A stretch of DNA of 64,000 nt from Methylococcaceae bacterium UBA2780 (GCA_002352345.1 DEIG01000011.1:46801-110800), one strand, 5' to 3'; shown: positions 38,766 to 50,472, numbered from the stretch's first letter. Notes: generated by a model from the sequence alone, not told the origin. Numbers and translations are program-made.

Positions 38766-40187
38766 TCAGGCAGCAAACTGCTCAGCCATCATATCCAAGT
38801 CACCTCGCTTCTCAAGCAATGTCTCAACCGTTTCCTCAACTTTTACGGCATCAAGTCCAACACGCTCACATAACATAGAAAGATCACCCTCACCGCGATC
38901 ATCACCAATTTCATACCGCCCTAAAATGTGATTAATAACAGCAATTAAAGCAGGATAGCCTTCGTGTTCCCCACTATAATCGAAGTTATGGTGCTCTTTA
39001 ACTGTTACGGTTACCTCAGATGGCATTTCCCAAGATTGCATGAGCCAACCACCCAGCTCTGCATGCCCCATTCCCAGCACATGCTGCGCATGCCCCATTC
39101 CCAGCGCGTGTTTCTCTAGCATAACAATGCTCGCTTCAGGATTCGCTGCCACCATTTTATTCAGTAAAAAGAACTCCGGCTGGAATAGATGCCCTAATAG
39201 TAAAAAGCCAAAGTTATGTAACAACCCGGCGAGATAAGCCATTCCTGGCTTTATTTCGTACTGGTCCGGCACCTGCTTGGATAAAGCTTGAGCTAGTGCA
39301 GCCGTATAAGTCGCATGTTTCCAGAAAGCACGAAGCCCCAGCGGACCATCCGGTGGATTGCGTAAAGCCCCCCCTGCAGCAAGGCCAAGCGCCATATTCA
39401 TCACAACATCAAAGCCCAACACTCTAGAAATAGCGCTCTTAATCGAATCGAGCTCCCCTCTGAAACCAAAAAATGATGAATTTGCGTACCTCATCACCTG
39501 TGCTGAAAGAGAGGGATCAATTTCAACAATCTCAGCTAACTTCTGAGCATCAGAATTCGGATCATTTCTAAGCTTTATGATTTGAATAGCCATCTCTGGC
39601 ATTGCGGGTAATTTATAGAGCTTTTCTAGTCGCTTTTTTGCATCCACTGCCGGCGTAAGCGGTGCAGCGTCAAGAGATAGCTCATCGAAATCACCAGCTT
39701 TCAACTGAACACTATCATCACTGCAACTAATTGTTTTGACACATCTATCTTCACAAAGCATCAAGAAATTTTTAGTCGGCAGCTCAACAAGATTAAGGCC
39801 CGCTCCACCTTCAAAAAAGACGCTATCGAGCTCTTTAACCGACTCATCCAACAACATTTCAAGTCGATATGCCTTAGCTAAAGGAGGAATCGTCGCCTCA
39901 GCACAATCGGGAAAATAGCTGCTTGCATGGCTAATGGGCAAAGGTGAGAATTGATATCCCGTCTCTCGCTCGATTGCTTGAAAATTAATGAGCCGGTTAA
40001 AAGGCAAAACCACCAACAGAACCTTACCTTCTGGTTCTCTCAGCAAGACACCTCTCAATACATTTTTTTTAGGTAAATCTAAAGTACTGACAATTCGCGC
40101 TAAACCTGCACCACGCTCATGCGCATGGAGTTTACAAGCTATCGGAAGTCTCTTTAGCTCTGTTTCGACCGTTTTTGATAGTGCCAT
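38766..40187 (-). CDS. YbaK/aminoacyl-tRNA-deacylase-like domain fused to HDOD domain
   Basis: The N-terminal ~170 aa resemble the YbaK/ProX editing fold. The C-terminal ~280 aa are a typical HDOD domain (LPAMPEMAIQIIKLRNDPNSDAQKLAEIVEIDPSLSAQVMRYANSSFFG). I place the start at ATG 40187 (MALSKT), not 40262. Confidence 0.7.
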   Translation of the reverse strand: MALSKTVETELKRLPIACKLHAHERGAGLARIVSTLDLPKKNVLRGVLLREPEGKVLLVVLPFNRLINFQAIERETGYQFSPLPISHASSYFPDCAEATIPPLAKAYRLEMLLDESVKELDSVFFEGGAGLNLVELPTKNFLMLCEDRCVKTISCSDDSVQLKAGDFDELSLDAAPLTPAVDAKKRLEKLYKLPAMPEMAIQIIKLRNDPNSDAQKLAEIVEIDPSLSAQVMRYANSSFFGFRGELDSIKSAISRVLGFDVVMNMALGLAAGGALRNPPDGPLGLRAFWKHATYTAALAQALSKQVPDQYEIKPGMAYLAGLLHNFGFLLLGHLFQPEFFLLNKMVAANPEASIVMLEKHALGMGHAQHVLGMGHAELGGWLMQSWEMPSEVTVTVKEHHNFDYSGEHEGYPALIAVINHILGRYEIGDDRGEGDLSMLCERVGLDAVKVEETVETLLEKRGDLDMMAEQFAA

Positions 40188-40323
40188 CTGCCATCCCCAC
40201 CAATTCTCTGGATTACGACAATAGTAGACCTGCAAAACAATTAAAAGTGCGCCTTTTATCACACAAAGAAAATTTAATGGCTGGCACCTTCACCAATCTA
40301 GTCAATCTTAGTAAAACTCATTG

Positions 40324-40365
40324 GCTGACATGCCTGTGGAAACTGCTTTCCACAGGCATGTCAGC
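40324..40365. terminator. Perfect 19-bp hairpin downstream of htpG
   Basis: GCTGACATGCCTGTGGAAA-ctgc-TTTCCACAGGCATGTCAGC begins 7 nt after the htpG stop. There is no clear U-run on the minus strand, so intrinsic-terminator function is not certain. Confidence 0.5.
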
Positions 40366-40371
40366 GCTATT

Positions 40372-42279
40372 TTACTTCATCACATTCAGCAGTAGTTCAT
40401 TAAGCTTGTGAACAAACGTAGCCGGATCTTCCAGCTGGCCACCTTCACTCAGCAATGCTTGATCAAACAACACTTCAACCAAGTCTTCAAAGCGATCACC
40501 TTCTGCCTCATTTTCCAATCTTTGCACAAGAGGGTGATCAGGGTTCACCTCAAAGATAGGCTTGCTAGTGGGCATTTCTTGGCCTGCGGCTTTCATAATC
40601 CGCTCCATATTCAACCCCATATCATGCCCTTCAGAAACAAGACATGCTGGAGATGCCGTTAAACGATTAGTCACTCGAACCGAACTTACTTTATCACCAA
40701 GAGCTTTGGAAATTTTCTCAATAAAGTCTTTATGATCCTCAGTGATTTTTTCCTGCTCTTTTTTATCCTCTTCACTATCAAGAGCGCCTAAATCCAACTC
40801 GCCTTTTGCAACCGATTGAAACTGCTTTCCATCAAATTCGGTCAAGTGAGAAACCAACCACTCATCAACCCTGTCTGAAAGTAGCAGAACTTCAATCTCT
40901 TTTTTACGAAATACTTCAAGGTGGGGACTATTTTTGGCCGCAGCAAAACTATCTGCTGTAATGTAATAGACTTTTTCTTGCCCCTCTTTCATCCGCTCGA
41001 TGTAATCTTGTAGAGAGACATTTTCTGCGTCGGTATCGGTATTGGTCGATGCAAAACGTAATAACTTTGCGACCCGCTCTTTGTTCTTAAAGTCCTCAAT
41101 TGGCCCCTCTTTTAAGACTCGACCAAATTCACCCCAGAATCCCGCATACTTTTCAGCATCATTTTTAGCCATCCCTTCAAGCAGGCCCAATACCTTTTTG
41201 ACTGCACCTGCACGAATAGTTGAAACTTGGCGACTCTGCTGAAGAATTTCTCGGGAAACATTCAGAGAAAGTGAATCCGAATCGATAATGCCTTTCACAA
41301 AACGAAGGTAGCGCGGCATTAGCTCATCCGCATCATCCATAATGAAGACCTTACGCACGTATAGTTTTACACCGTGTTTGGTCTCTCTATCCCACAGATC
41401 AAAAGGGGCGTGCTTGGGAACATAAAGTAGTAATGTGTACTCGTTGCTACCCTCCACTCTGCTATGAACATGAGTAAGAGGCTCATCGTAATCATGCGAG
41501 ACATGCTTATAAAACTCGTTGTACTCTTCCGGCTCAATTTCTTCTTTAGACTTCGTCCAAAGTGCCGAAGCACTATTTATTGTCTCTAGCTCTTCCACAG
41601 CCTCTTCAGATTTCTCTTCGCCTTCTGAAACCTCTTTTTTCATCAAAATGGGAAGAGAGATATGATCTGAGAATTTCTTAATGATTGATTTCAGACGAAA
41701 ACCATCAAGAAACTCGTCCTCACCTTCTCTTAGATGCAGAACAACATCTGTACCATGTACCGCTTTCTCTGTTGTCTCAATGGTATATTCACCTTCGCCT
41801 GCGGACTCCCACAAGACACCTTGGCCTTTTTCATCGCCCGCCTTACGGGTAATTAGCGTCACTTTATCCGCAACAATAAAAGATGAGTAAAAACCAACAC
41901 CAAACTGGCCAATTAGCTCACTATCTTTTGCCTCATCACCCGTCAGGGCTTCAAAAAACTTACCTGTTCCAGAACGCGCAATCGTACCAATATTATCCTG
42001 CACCTCTTCGCGGTTCATCCCAACACCGTTATCCGATAACGTTAAGGTTCTTTTTTCTTTATCGAACGAGAGATTTATTTTGAGCTCGCTATCACCTTCA
42101 TATAATGCTTCATTCGAAAGCGCATTAAAGCGAAGCTTGTCCGCAGCATCAGAAGCATTGGAAATCAGTTCGCGTAAAAAAATCTCTTTATTGCTATATA
42201 GAGAATGAATCATTAGGTGAAGCATCTGCTTAACTTCAGTCTGAAACCCTAGCGTTTCTTTATTCGTCGTTGTTGTCAT
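40372..42279 (-). CDS. htpG: Molecular chaperone HtpG (Hsp90)
   Basis: 635 aa with the Hsp90 signature [21 protein letters not shown] and conserved middle and C-terminal domains. Confidence 0.97.
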   Translation of the reverse strand: MTTTTNKETLGFQTEVKQMLHLMIHSLYSNKEIFLRELISNASDAADKLRFNALSNEALYEGDSELKINLSFDKEKRTLTLSDNGVGMNREEVQDNIGTIARSGTGKFFEALTGDEAKDSELIGQFGVGFYSSFIVADKVTLITRKAGDEKGQGVLWESAGEGEYTIETTEKAVHGTDVVLHLREGEDEFLDGFRLKSIIKKFSDHISLPILMKKEVSEGEEKSEEAVEELETINSASALWTKSKEEIEPEEYNEFYKHVSHDYDEPLTHVHSRVEGSNEYTLLLYVPKHAPFDLWDRETKHGVKLYVRKVFIMDDADELMPRYLRFVKGIIDSDSLSLNVSREILQQSRQVSTIRAGAVKKVLGLLEGMAKNDAEKYAGFWGEFGRVLKEGPIEDFKNKERVAKLLRFASTNTDTDAENVSLQDYIERMKEGQEKVYYITADSFAAAKNSPHLEVFRKKEIEVLLLSDRVDEWLVSHLTEFDGKQFQSVAKGELDLGALDSEEDKKEQEKITEDHKDFIEKISKALGDKVSSVRVTNRLTASPACLVSEGHDMGLNMERIMKAAGQEMPTSKPIFEVNPDHPLVQRLENEAEGDRFEDLVEVLFDQALLSEGGQLEDPATFVHKLNELLLNVMK

Positions 42280-42318
42280 CGGTATCTCTAAATTAAGTTA
42301 CAAAATTGGAAAATTAAA

Positions 42319-42346
42319 ATATGGGGCACTTTAGCGACTTTTCAAG
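42319..42346 (-). promoter_or_regulatory. Sigma-32 (RpoH) heat-shock promoter of htpG
   Basis: On the minus strand, CTTGAAA (42346-42340), a 13-nt spacer and CCCCATAT (42326-42319). This matches the consensus CTTGAAA-N13-15-CCCCATnT and lies about 40 nt upstream of the htpG ATG. Confidence 0.8.
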
Positions 42347-42383
42347 CCAGCTCTTAAGAAATTTATCTCCTTAATGAGAGCTT

Positions 42384-43205
42384 TTAATATAAATGTCTCT
42401 GCAAACCCATCTCTTGAAGAATTGTTGTTGAAATCTCTTCGATTGAAACAGTTGTCGTATTTAAAAATGGAAGCTGACTCAAATTCAAAAGATCTTCCGC
42501 CATATCAACCTCTTTAATACACTGTTTTAATGCGCAGTAGCGGCTATCTGGCCGGCGCTCTTGGCGAATTCGTTGCAAGTGGTATGGATCGATTGTTAGC
42601 CCATAAAGTTTCTTTTTCTGTTTTTTAAGTACAGGCGGCAGCATAAGCAGATCAAGATCTTCTTCGGTAAGAGGATAATTTGCCGCATTGATCCCGAACT
42701 GAAGTGCTAAATAAAGGCAGGTTGGTGTTTTGCCAGAGCGCGATACACCTACTAGGATAATATCTGCCTCATCGTAATGGTTGAGATTTGCGCCATCATC
42801 ATTTTTCAGCGCAAAATTGACCGCATCAATTCGTGTTTTGTAGCTCGAATCATCCACCATCCCGTGGCTTTGGCCCGTTGCATGGCTTGATGGCTGCTCC
42901 AACACCTTCTCAAGCGGCCCGATAAAGGTCTCAAAAAAGTCAAAAAAGGCACAATCACTGCTTTTGATTACATCTCGAATTGCATCATCAATAAAGGTGC
43001 AAAAAACAACCGGTTTCATCCCTTCATTCTGAAAGGAACGGTTTATTTGCTCTTTAGCCTCTTCTGCCTTCTCAAGCGTATTTTGAAACGGCAAAACTAC
43101 GCGTTTAAACTTTACCTCATCAAACTGGGTTAAAAGGCTTTGACCAAGCCTCTCAGCGGTGATCCCAGTCTGATCTGAAACAAAAAAAATAGTGCGTCTA
43201 TCCAC
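42384..43205 (-). CDS. ppsR: Phosphoenolpyruvate synthase regulatory protein (bifunctional kinase/phosphotransferase)
   Basis: 273 aa of the DUF299 family with P-loop GVSRSGKTP. It is divergent from ppsA, the canonical arrangement. Confidence 0.9.
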   Translation of the reverse strand: MDRRTIFFVSDQTGITAERLGQSLLTQFDEVKFKRVVLPFQNTLEKAEEAKEQINRSFQNEGMKPVVFCTFIDDAIRDVIKSSDCAFFDFFETFIGPLEKVLEQPSSHATGQSHGMVDDSSYKTRIDAVNFALKNDDGANLNHYDEADIILVGVSRSGKTPTCLYLALQFGINAANYPLTEEDLDLLMLPPVLKKQKKKLYGLTIDPYHLQRIRQERRPDSRYCALKQCIKEVDMAEDLLNLSQLPFLNTTTVSIEEISTTILQEMGLQRHLY

Positions 43206-43314
43206 AGAAAATTACTCTTAAAGGGTTAAATAAATTAGAATTACACGTTTATGCCAGATGACTCATTCAGGTCAGGGCAAATCAAGCGCTTAAGTTACTA
43301 CAGAGGATATAAAG

Positions 43315-45690
43315 TTGAAAGATTACGTTATCTGGTTAAAAGAGTCGGGCATGAATGATGTCGAGTCTGTTGGTGGAAAAAATGCTTCACTAGGTGAAAT
43401 GATCAGCAACCTATCAGCCGTTGGTGTTGATGTTCCAGGCGGGTTTGCCACAACCGCTCATGCTTTCAGAGAATTTCTTTCACAAAATGATCTGTCCGAC
43501 AAAATCAACAGCAAACTAACCACTCTCGATGTGGATGATGTTAATGAGCTTGCTAAAGCAGGCGCTGAGATAAGACAGTGGGTTATAGATGCCCCCCTCC
43601 CCAAGAAGCTTAATGAGGCGATCGCATCAGCCTTTAATCAAATGACCGAAGAGGCTGGTGGCGACTTCTCCGTTGCCGTTCGCTCATCTGCGACAGCCGA
43701 AGATCTTCCCGATGCCTCATTTGCCGGGCAACAAGAGACCTACCTAAATGTAAACGGCCTTGAAGAGGTTCTACAGAAGATCAGGCTGGTTTTCGCCTCT
43801 CTCTTTAATGATCGTGCCATCTCATACCGTGTCCACCAAGGCTTTGAGCACAGTGGTGTCGCACTGTCTGCCGGCATACAGAGAATGGTTCGTAGTGACC
43901 TTGCAGCCAGTGGCGTAATGTTCACCCTCGATACAGAATCTGGCTTTCGCGATGCTGTTTTCATCACGTCAAGTTATGGCCTGGGGGAAATGGTCGTTCA
44001 AGGCGCGGTAAACCCTGATGAAATCTACCTCCACAAACCAACATTGGCCGCAGGGCGACCTGCAATTCTCCGTAAAACATTGGGGCATAAGGCGATCAAG
44101 ATGGTTTATGACGCTGACCCTGACGCTGATCACGCAGTAAAAGTGATCGATACAAGCGATACCGAGAAGCAGCAATTTTCTATTACAAATGAAGAGGCTG
44201 AAGAGCTCGCACGCATCGCTGTCACCATTGAGAAACATTATCAGCGCCCAATGGATATTGAATGGGCTAAAGATGGCAACGATGGCAGGCTATATATTGT
44301 TCAGGCTCGCCCTGAGACGGTTCAAAGCCAAGCAGGGCAAGAAATTGAGCGTTACGAGCTAAAAAACAAAGGCAAAGTTCTGGTAGAGGGCCGTAGTATT
44401 GGGCAGAGAATTGGTTCTGGCCCCGCCAAGCTGATCAACGACATTTCACAGATGGATCGTGTCCAGCCGGGAGATGTTCTCGTTACAGACATGACCGATC
44501 CTGACTGGGAACCGATCATGAAGCGGGCATCTGCTATCGTCACCAACCGAGGTGGGCGTACTTGCCATGCTGCAATTATTGCGCGTGAACTCGGCATTCC
44601 GGCGGTTGTCGGTTGTAACGATGCGACAGACAAACTCAATGAGGGTGATGCTGTAACAGTTTCCTGTGCAGAAGGGGATACAGGCTTTATTTACGAGGGT
44701 TTAATTGATTTCGAAATCAAAAAAATCAGCCTCGATAAAATGCCAGAACTTCCACTAAAAGTGATGATGAATGTCGGCAATCCTGACAGGGCTTTTGATT
44801 TCGCGGCAATCCCTAATGAAGGAGTTGGCCTTGCCAGATTAGAGTTCATCATCAACAGAATGATTGGCATTCACCCTAAAGCGCTAATTGAATTTGACGA
44901 TCAGCCAGAGCCTCTCAAAAAAGTTATCCGCAAACGTATTGCAGGATATGCCGACCCAGTCAGCTTTTATGTTGACCGTTTGGCTGAAGGTATTGCGACG
45001 CTTGGAGCCGCATTTTCACCCAAAACCGTTATCGTTCGCATGTCCGATTTTAAATCGAATGAATATGCCAACCTGATTGGTGGTGACCGCTACGAGCCAG
45101 AGGAGGAAAACCCAATGCTCGGCTTTAGAGGTGCATCGCGGTATATCTCCGAATCTTTCCGCGATTGTTTCGACCTTGAGTGTCGTGCAATGAAAAAGGT
45201 CCGTGATGAGATGGGGCTAACAAATGTCTGGATCATGATTCCATTTGTTAGAACGGTTGATGAAGCGCGTCAAGTCGTTGAGTTACTCGCAGAGAAAGGA
45301 CTTGAGCGCGGTAAAAATGGCCTCAAACTAATCATGATGTGCGAACTTCCTTCTAACGCACTTCTTGCAGAAGAGTTTTTAGAGTATTTCGATGGTTTCT
45401 CAATTGGCTCAAACGATCTGACTCAACTAACACTTGGTCTTGATCGTGATTCCGCACTAATTGCGGATAAATTTGACGAGCGTAATCCAGCCGTCAAAAA
45501 ACTACTTCATATGGCTATTCAGGCTTGCCGTGAAAAAGACAAATATGTCGGCATTTGTGGACAGGGACCTTCGGATCACCCAGATCTTGCCAAATGGCTG
45601 CTCGAAGAGGGCATCTCCAGTGTCTCCCTAAACCCAGACAGCGTTATCGAAACCTGGATGTTTATGGCTGGCCAAACTGTTGAAGACTAA
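43315..45690 (+). CDS. ppsA: Phosphoenolpyruvate synthase
   Basis: 791 aa with a TTG start 7 nt after GAGGA, N-terminal [11 protein letters not shown] and the phosphohistidine motif [15 protein letters not shown]. Confidence 0.96.
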   Translation: MKDYVIWLKESGMNDVESVGGKNASLGEMISNLSAVGVDVPGGFATTAHAFREFLSQNDLSDKINSKLTTLDVDDVNELAKAGAEIRQWVIDAPLPKKLNEAIASAFNQMTEEAGGDFSVAVRSSATAEDLPDASFAGQQETYLNVNGLEEVLQKIRLVFASLFNDRAISYRVHQGFEHSGVALSAGIQRMVRSDLAASGVMFTLDTESGFRDAVFITSSYGLGEMVVQGAVNPDEIYLHKPTLAAGRPAILRKTLGHKAIKMVYDADPDADHAVKVIDTSDTEKQQFSITNEEAEELARIAVTIEKHYQRPMDIEWAKDGNDGRLYIVQARPETVQSQAGQEIERYELKNKGKVLVEGRSIGQRIGSGPAKLINDISQMDRVQPGDVLVTDMTDPDWEPIMKRASAIVTNRGGRTCHAAIIARELGIPAVVGCNDATDKLNEGDAVTVSCAEGDTGFIYEGLIDFEIKKISLDKMPELPLKVMMNVGNPDRAFDFAAIPNEGVGLARLEFIINRMIGIHPKALIEFDDQPEPLKKVIRKRIAGYADPVSFYVDRLAEGIATLGAAFSPKTVIVRMSDFKSNEYANLIGGDRYEPEEENPMLGFRGASRYISESFRDCFDLECRAMKKVRDEMGLTNVWIMIPFVRTVDEARQVVELLAEKGLERGKNGLKLIMMCELPSNALLAEEFLEYFDGFSIGSNDLTQLTLGLDRDSALIADKFDERNPAVKKLLHMAIQACREKDKYVGICGQGPSDHPDLAKWLLEEGISSVSLNPDSVIETWMFMAGQTVED

Positions 45691-45705
45691 TTAGGTAATC
45701 GAATT

Positions 45706-46896
45706 ATGACGATAAACTCATTCAACCCAACACCTAGAATACTAATGGGCCCTGGCCCCTCAGATGTTCACCCCCGTATTCTTCAAGCAATGGCTAGACC
45801 TACAATTGGTCACCTTGATCCGCAGTTCATCATCATGATGGATGAGATCAAACAGCTTTTGCAGGAAACTTTTATCACTCAAAACCAATTGACGATTCCT
45901 GTCTCCGCTCCCGGCTCTTCCGGCATGGAAACCTGCTTCGTAAACTTGGTAGAGCCTGGTGATAAAATTATCGTCTGCCAGAATGGGGTCTTTGGTGGCC
46001 GCATGAAGGAAAATGTCGAACGCTGTGGTGGCACAGCCATTATGGTCGAAGATGAATGGGGTCAAGCGGTTGACCCGCAAAAACTTGAGGATGCACTAAA
46101 AGCCAATCCTGATGCAAAAGCAGTCGCCTTTGTTCAGGCGGAAACATCAACTGGCGCACTCTCTGATGCAGAAACACTCTGCCGAATCGCACATGAATAC
46201 GATTGCCTGACGATTGTCGATGCCGTTACCTCCCTAGGTGGCTCACCCTTAAAAGTTGATGAATGGGGAATCGATGCTGTTTATTCCGGCACACAAAAAT
46301 GCCTTTCCTGTACACCAGGGCTTTCACCAGTCAGCTTTAGCGAAAGGGCTCAAGAGTCCATCAAAAACGTTAAACAGCGGGTACAAAGCTGGTTTCTCGA
46401 TATGAACCTAGTTATGGGATATTGGGGTGCAGGCACCAAACGTGCCTACCACCATACAGCCCCAGTTAACGCACTTTATGCGCTTCATGAATCACTCGTT
46501 ATGCTTCAAGAAGAGGGGCTAGAAAATAGCTGGAAAAGACATAGTGACTATCATCAAGCACTAAAAGCAGGTTTCGAAGCGATGGGGATCTCTTTTGTTG
46601 TGCCAGCAGGGTCGCGTCTTCCTCAGCTCAATGCCGTTAATATTCCTGAGGGCATTGATGATGCAACCGTACGTTCTGCGCTATTGAACCGCTACAACCT
46701 TGAGATCGGTGCCGGCTTAGGCGCGCTTGCCGGGAAGGTTTGGCGTATTGGCCTGATGGGTAACAGTGCATCGGCCAGCAATGTTTTACTCTGCCTTGGC
46801 GCTTTGGAAGCGGTGCTTTCCGAACTAAACGCTCCAATTCAACAGGGTGTTGCTATTTCTGCCGCACAAAAAGTGATGATTGCAAAAGGTCGCTAG
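45706..46896 (+). CDS. Class V aminotransferase (alanine/serine--glyoxylate/pyruvate aminotransferase family)
   Basis: 396 aa with the PLP-lysine context SGTQKCLS and AGXT-like length. Confidence 0.8.
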   Translation: MTINSFNPTPRILMGPGPSDVHPRILQAMARPTIGHLDPQFIIMMDEIKQLLQETFITQNQLTIPVSAPGSSGMETCFVNLVEPGDKIIVCQNGVFGGRMKENVERCGGTAIMVEDEWGQAVDPQKLEDALKANPDAKAVAFVQAETSTGALSDAETLCRIAHEYDCLTIVDAVTSLGGSPLKVDEWGIDAVYSGTQKCLSCTPGLSPVSFSERAQESIKNVKQRVQSWFLDMNLVMGYWGAGTKRAYHHTAPVNALYALHESLVMLQEEGLENSWKRHSDYHQALKAGFEAMGISFVVPAGSRLPQLNAVNIPEGIDDATVRSALLNRYNLEIGAGLGALAGKVWRIGLMGNSASASNVLLCLGALEAVLSELNAPIQQGVAISAAQKVMIAKGR

Positions 46897-47814
46897 ATGA
46901 AAGATGCCCTTTTCGTACTGATTCAGTATTTAATTCCACACCACCTACTTTCAAGGCTGATGTGGAAGGCGACGCGCTCGCGTAACAAGCTTTGGAAAAC
47001 ATGGCTAACCAACTTTATTATCAAACGCTTCAGCATCAATGTTGCTGAAGCTGAAAATAATGATCTAACTAGCTATGCAACCTTTAATGAGTTTTTTACC
47101 CGTAAGCTACGCGCTGATGCACGTCCTCTTGCCAAAGCTGAAGACGCCATCCTCTCCCCTGCTGATGGCGTTGTCAGTCAAGCGGCCGAAATTACGCATG
47201 GGCGCCTTATTCAGGCCAAAGGCAAAGACTACGGACTCACCGAACTGCTCGGTGGAGACAGTGCGCTTGCAAACCAATTCCAAGGTGGGGAGTTCACAAC
47301 CATTTACCTCTCCCCTCGCGATTACCACCGTTTGCATATGCCTCTTGCTGGCAAGCTAACAAAAATGATTCATGTGCCCGGGCGGCTGTTTAGCGTTAAC
47401 CCAACCACCGTTGCCGCAGTACCGGGACTTTTTGCCCGTAATGAACGTGTTGTTGCACTGTTTGATACAGAAGCGGGCCCAATGGCGCTAATTCTGGTTG
47501 GTGCAATCTTTGTCTCAAGTATTGAGACTGTTTGGCATGGCGAGGTGACACCACCCTCCTCAACACATGTTCGCCACTGGGATTATCAAGATGCAAAACA
47601 GCCTGTTGAGTTGAAAAAAGGCGAGGAAATGGGGCGCTTTAATATGGGCTCGACCATTATCGTGCTTTTTGGGGCAGACAAGATAAATTGGGGCGATCAC
47701 TTTCACGCTGAGTCAACTGTTCAAGTAGGTGAAGAGATCGGTAAAGTCCAATCTAGTGGCGAAAAAGAGGTGCAGGTTGAAGCACTGGTTGATAGTCTGT
47801 TATCGGATAAATAG
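46897..47814 (+). CDS. psd: Phosphatidylserine decarboxylase proenzyme
   Basis: 305 aa with the self-cleavage motif FNMGST and conserved YHRLHMP. Confidence 0.92.
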   Translation: MKDALFVLIQYLIPHHLLSRLMWKATRSRNKLWKTWLTNFIIKRFSINVAEAENNDLTSYATFNEFFTRKLRADARPLAKAEDAILSPADGVVSQAAEITHGRLIQAKGKDYGLTELLGGDSALANQFQGGEFTTIYLSPRDYHRLHMPLAGKLTKMIHVPGRLFSVNPTTVAAVPGLFARNERVVALFDTEAGPMALILVGAIFVSSIETVWHGEVTPPSSTHVRHWDYQDAKQPVELKKGEEMGRFNMGSTIIVLFGADKINWGDHFHAESTVQVGEEIGKVQSSGEKEVQVEALVDSLLSDK

Positions 47815-47815
47815 G

Positions 47816-48799
47816 CTAGGCTCGATCGACTGAGAAACTCATTACTTTGTCGATCGACTCTTCTCCCTGAATCAACATCAATAGCCGATCAAGGCCAATA
47901 GCGATACCTGAACAGTTCGGCAACCCACTTTCCAGTGCAGCAAGTAGCCGTTGATCAATCGGTAGCTGAGGCAACCCCTTCAGCGCCCGCTCTTGCGCTT
48001 CAGCTGTAAATCTCTGCTTCTGCTCATCAGCATCGGAAAGTTCGAAGAAACCATTTCCCAGCTCAACTCCATTGATAAACAGCTCTACTCTTTCAGCTGT
48101 TCTAGGGTCCGCTTTATTTAATCTTGAGAGTGAAGCCTGGCAAGCGGGAAAGCCGACAATAAAGCAGAGCCCCTCCTTGCCGAGTGATGGCTGCACAAGG
48201 TGGCTAAACAAAAAGTCTAGCCAAAGCGAATAATCCTCACCACAAACTGTCACCGCCTCTGAATAACCATTTTTGTCGGCACAATTTATAAAGTCATCGA
48301 TGCTCGCTGTGAGCGGATCAACCCCCGTTGCTTGCTGAAAAGCTTCTGAGTAGTTTTGCTGAATGGTGGGTTGTTTTAATACTGCAGGAGCGAGCTGTGC
48401 AATCAACTTTTCAACTTCATCAACAAGCTGCTGCAGATCAAAATCGACCCGATACCACTCTAAAATAGAAAACTCAGGATTATGAAAACGCCCTGCCTCA
48501 CCATTTCTGAATGCTTTACAGATTTGGAAAATTGAGCCACTTCCAGCAGCAAGCAGCCGTTTCATCGAAAACTCAGGGGAACTATTTAGGTAAAGGGCTA
48601 AACAATCAGTCGACAGAGGATGATCAAAAGAGGTTTTAAAAGGGGTAATATGCGGATCTGTTCCCGCTGCATTTGAAAGCAGCGGTGTTTCAACCTCCAA
48701 CACATTGCGCGCATCAAAGAACTGGCGTATTCCTTTAAGCATTACTGCACGCATTTTTAATGCAGCAATATCACACCCTGGTTGCCAGTCTACCTTCAT
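47816..48799 (-). CDS. epmA: EF-P--(R)-beta-lysine ligase
   Basis: 327 aa with a class II LysRS-like catalytic core and no anticodon-binding domain. Immediately downstream of efp. Confidence 0.9.
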   Translation of the reverse strand: MKVDWQPGCDIAALKMRAVMLKGIRQFFDARNVLEVETPLLSNAAGTDPHITPFKTSFDHPLSTDCLALYLNSSPEFSMKRLLAAGSGSIFQICKAFRNGEAGRFHNPEFSILEWYRVDFDLQQLVDEVEKLIAQLAPAVLKQPTIQQNYSEAFQQATGVDPLTASIDDFINCADKNGYSEAVTVCGEDYSLWLDFLFSHLVQPSLGKEGLCFIVGFPACQASLSRLNKADPRTAERVELFINGVELGNGFFELSDADEQKQRFTAEAQERALKGLPQLPIDQRLLAALESGLPNCSGIAIGLDRLLMLIQGEESIDKVMSFSVDRA

Positions 48800-48818
48800 A
48801 CAGTTAAAGCCGGCAGGA

Positions 48819-49388
48819 CTAGCTTTTTACACGCCCTGTGTACTCACCCGTACGCGTATCAATTCGCACCACTTCACCAATCTGAACAAACAGAGGCACA
48901 CGAACAACCGCACCAGTCTCCATTGTTGCTGGTTTCCCGCCCCCACCAGATGTATCACCTTTAAGGCCTGGGTCAGTATCAGTAATTGCCAACTCAACAA
49001 AATTGGGGGGCGTCACCAATAAAGGCTCACCATTCCAGAGCGTCACAATGCAGTTATCTTGCTCTTTTAGCCATTTCGCATTATCACCTAATGCCGCTTC
49101 AGCACAGGAGTATTGCTCAAATGTTTCTGGCTCCATAAAGTGCCAGAACTCTCCATCACAATAGAGATACTGCATTTCCAGCTCAATCACGTCAGCCCCT
49201 TCAACCGACTCACCTGATTTAAAGGTTCGCTCAATTACCCGGCCACTTCGCAGATTTCTGATTTTCACTCGGCTAAATGCCTGCCCTTTTCCTGGCTTAA
49301 CAAACTCATTTTCAATAATGCTGCAGGGATCATTATCCAGCATTATTTTAAGTCCGCCTTTGAACTGGTTAGTGCTATAGCTCGCCAT
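48819..49388 (-). CDS. efp: Elongation factor P
   Basis: 189 aa with VKPGKGQAF carrying the modifiable lysine. Confidence 0.97.
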   Translation of the reverse strand: MASYSTNQFKGGLKIMLDNDPCSIIENEFVKPGKGQAFSRVKIRNLRSGRVIERTFKSGESVEGADVIELEMQYLYCDGEFWHFMEPETFEQYSCAEAALGDNAKWLKEQDNCIVTLWNGEPLLVTPPNFVELAITDTDPGLKGDTSGGGGKPATMETGAVVRVPLFVQIGEVVRIDTRTGEYTGRVKS

Positions 49389-49464
49389 CTTTTCCTCTTA
49401 ATTTATCCAATTAGCAATCTGGCCATTATAATGGAGTGTCAATTCGAGAGAAACTATATCCTTT

Positions 49465-50472
49465 ATGTATTCCAGTGCTGCCCCAGCGATTCAACAGACA
49501 ACTTGGCAACAAGCGCTTGCTCGTAGCTGCACACAACTTCCAGAGCTACTTAATTACCTTGAGTTAAAGCCAAGTGCCGTGCCAATCAGTGCTGATGCAA
49601 TGGCAAAGTTTCCACTACGAGTCACTTATGACTACCTATCCCGTATCGAAAAAGGCAACCCAAACGACCCTCTTTTGCGCCAAATACTGCCTATAGAAGA
49701 CGAGTTAGCTTTTAACAGCGACTACACAGCTAACCCCGTTGGAGATATTGAAGCTGAGCAAGTTGCAGGAATTTTACATAAATATCATGGCCGCCTGTTG
49801 CTTATCACTACGGGCGGTTGCTCCATTAACTGCCGTTACTGCTTTAGGCGCGAGTACCCATATAGCGGCAATCAGACAAGCAAAAGTGTCGAGCAAGAGG
49901 CGATGGATTACATCGCGCAGCAATCAGAGATTAGCGAGGTTATTTTGAGTGGTGGTGATCCACTCATTCTAAATGATGCACGGCTCTCTTCACTTGTCTC
50001 ACAACTTGAAGAAATTCCTCATTTAAAACGGCTACGCATCCATACTCGGCTTCCTGTAACGCTTCCCTCCAGAGTTGATCCGCTTCTCTTAACATGGCTT
50101 TCCAAAACAAGATTAGCTACCTCCCTTGTTTTGCATGTCAACCACCCCAATGAGCTAGATAACGCTGTAGGCGATGCTTTATTAAAATTGCGACAAGCTG
50201 GTGTTACGCTTTTAAACCAGAGCGTCCTCCTGAAAAACATTAATGACAGCGAATCTACCTTATGCCAATTGAGCGAAGCTCTTTTTCAATATGGCGTCCT
50301 ACCCTACTATCTCCATCTTCTCGACAAGGTTTCTGGCAGCCAGCATTTTGATATCCCAGATGCAGATGCTTGCCAGCTATATCACCAAATTCGTAGTAAA
50401 TTGCCGGGTTACCTCACCCCAACACTTGTACGTGAGCGTAGCGGTTTTCCATATAAATCACCCATTTTATGA
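49465..50472 (+). CDS. epmB: EF-P beta-lysylation protein (lysine 2,3-aminomutase family)
   Basis: 335 aa with the radical-SAM motif CSINCRYCFRR. Divergent from efp. Confidence 0.9.
   Translation: MYSSAAPAIQQTTWQQALARSCTQLPELLNYLELKPSAVPISADAMAKFPLRVTYDYLSRIEKGNPNDPLLRQILPIEDELAFNSDYTANPVGDIEAEQVAGILHKYHGRLLLITTGGCSINCRYCFRREYPYSGNQTSKSVEQEAMDYIAQQSEISEVILSGGDPLILNDARLSSLVSQLEEIPHLKRLRIHTRLPVTLPSRVDPLLLTWLSKTRLATSLVLHVNHPNELDNAVGDALLKLRQAGVTLLNQSVLLKNINDSESTLCQLSEALFQYGVLPYYLHLLDKVSGSQHFDIPDADACQLYHQIRSKLPGYLTPTLVRERSGFPYKSPIL

Noticed and set aside
42384-47814. ppsR/ppsA, class V aminotransferase and psd as a possible unusual metabolic operon
   Set aside because: ppsR-ppsA divergence is canonical. 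The aminotransferase and psd are common housekeeping genes, and their adjacency (15-nt gap, then abutting stop/start) gives no evidence of a novel pathway.
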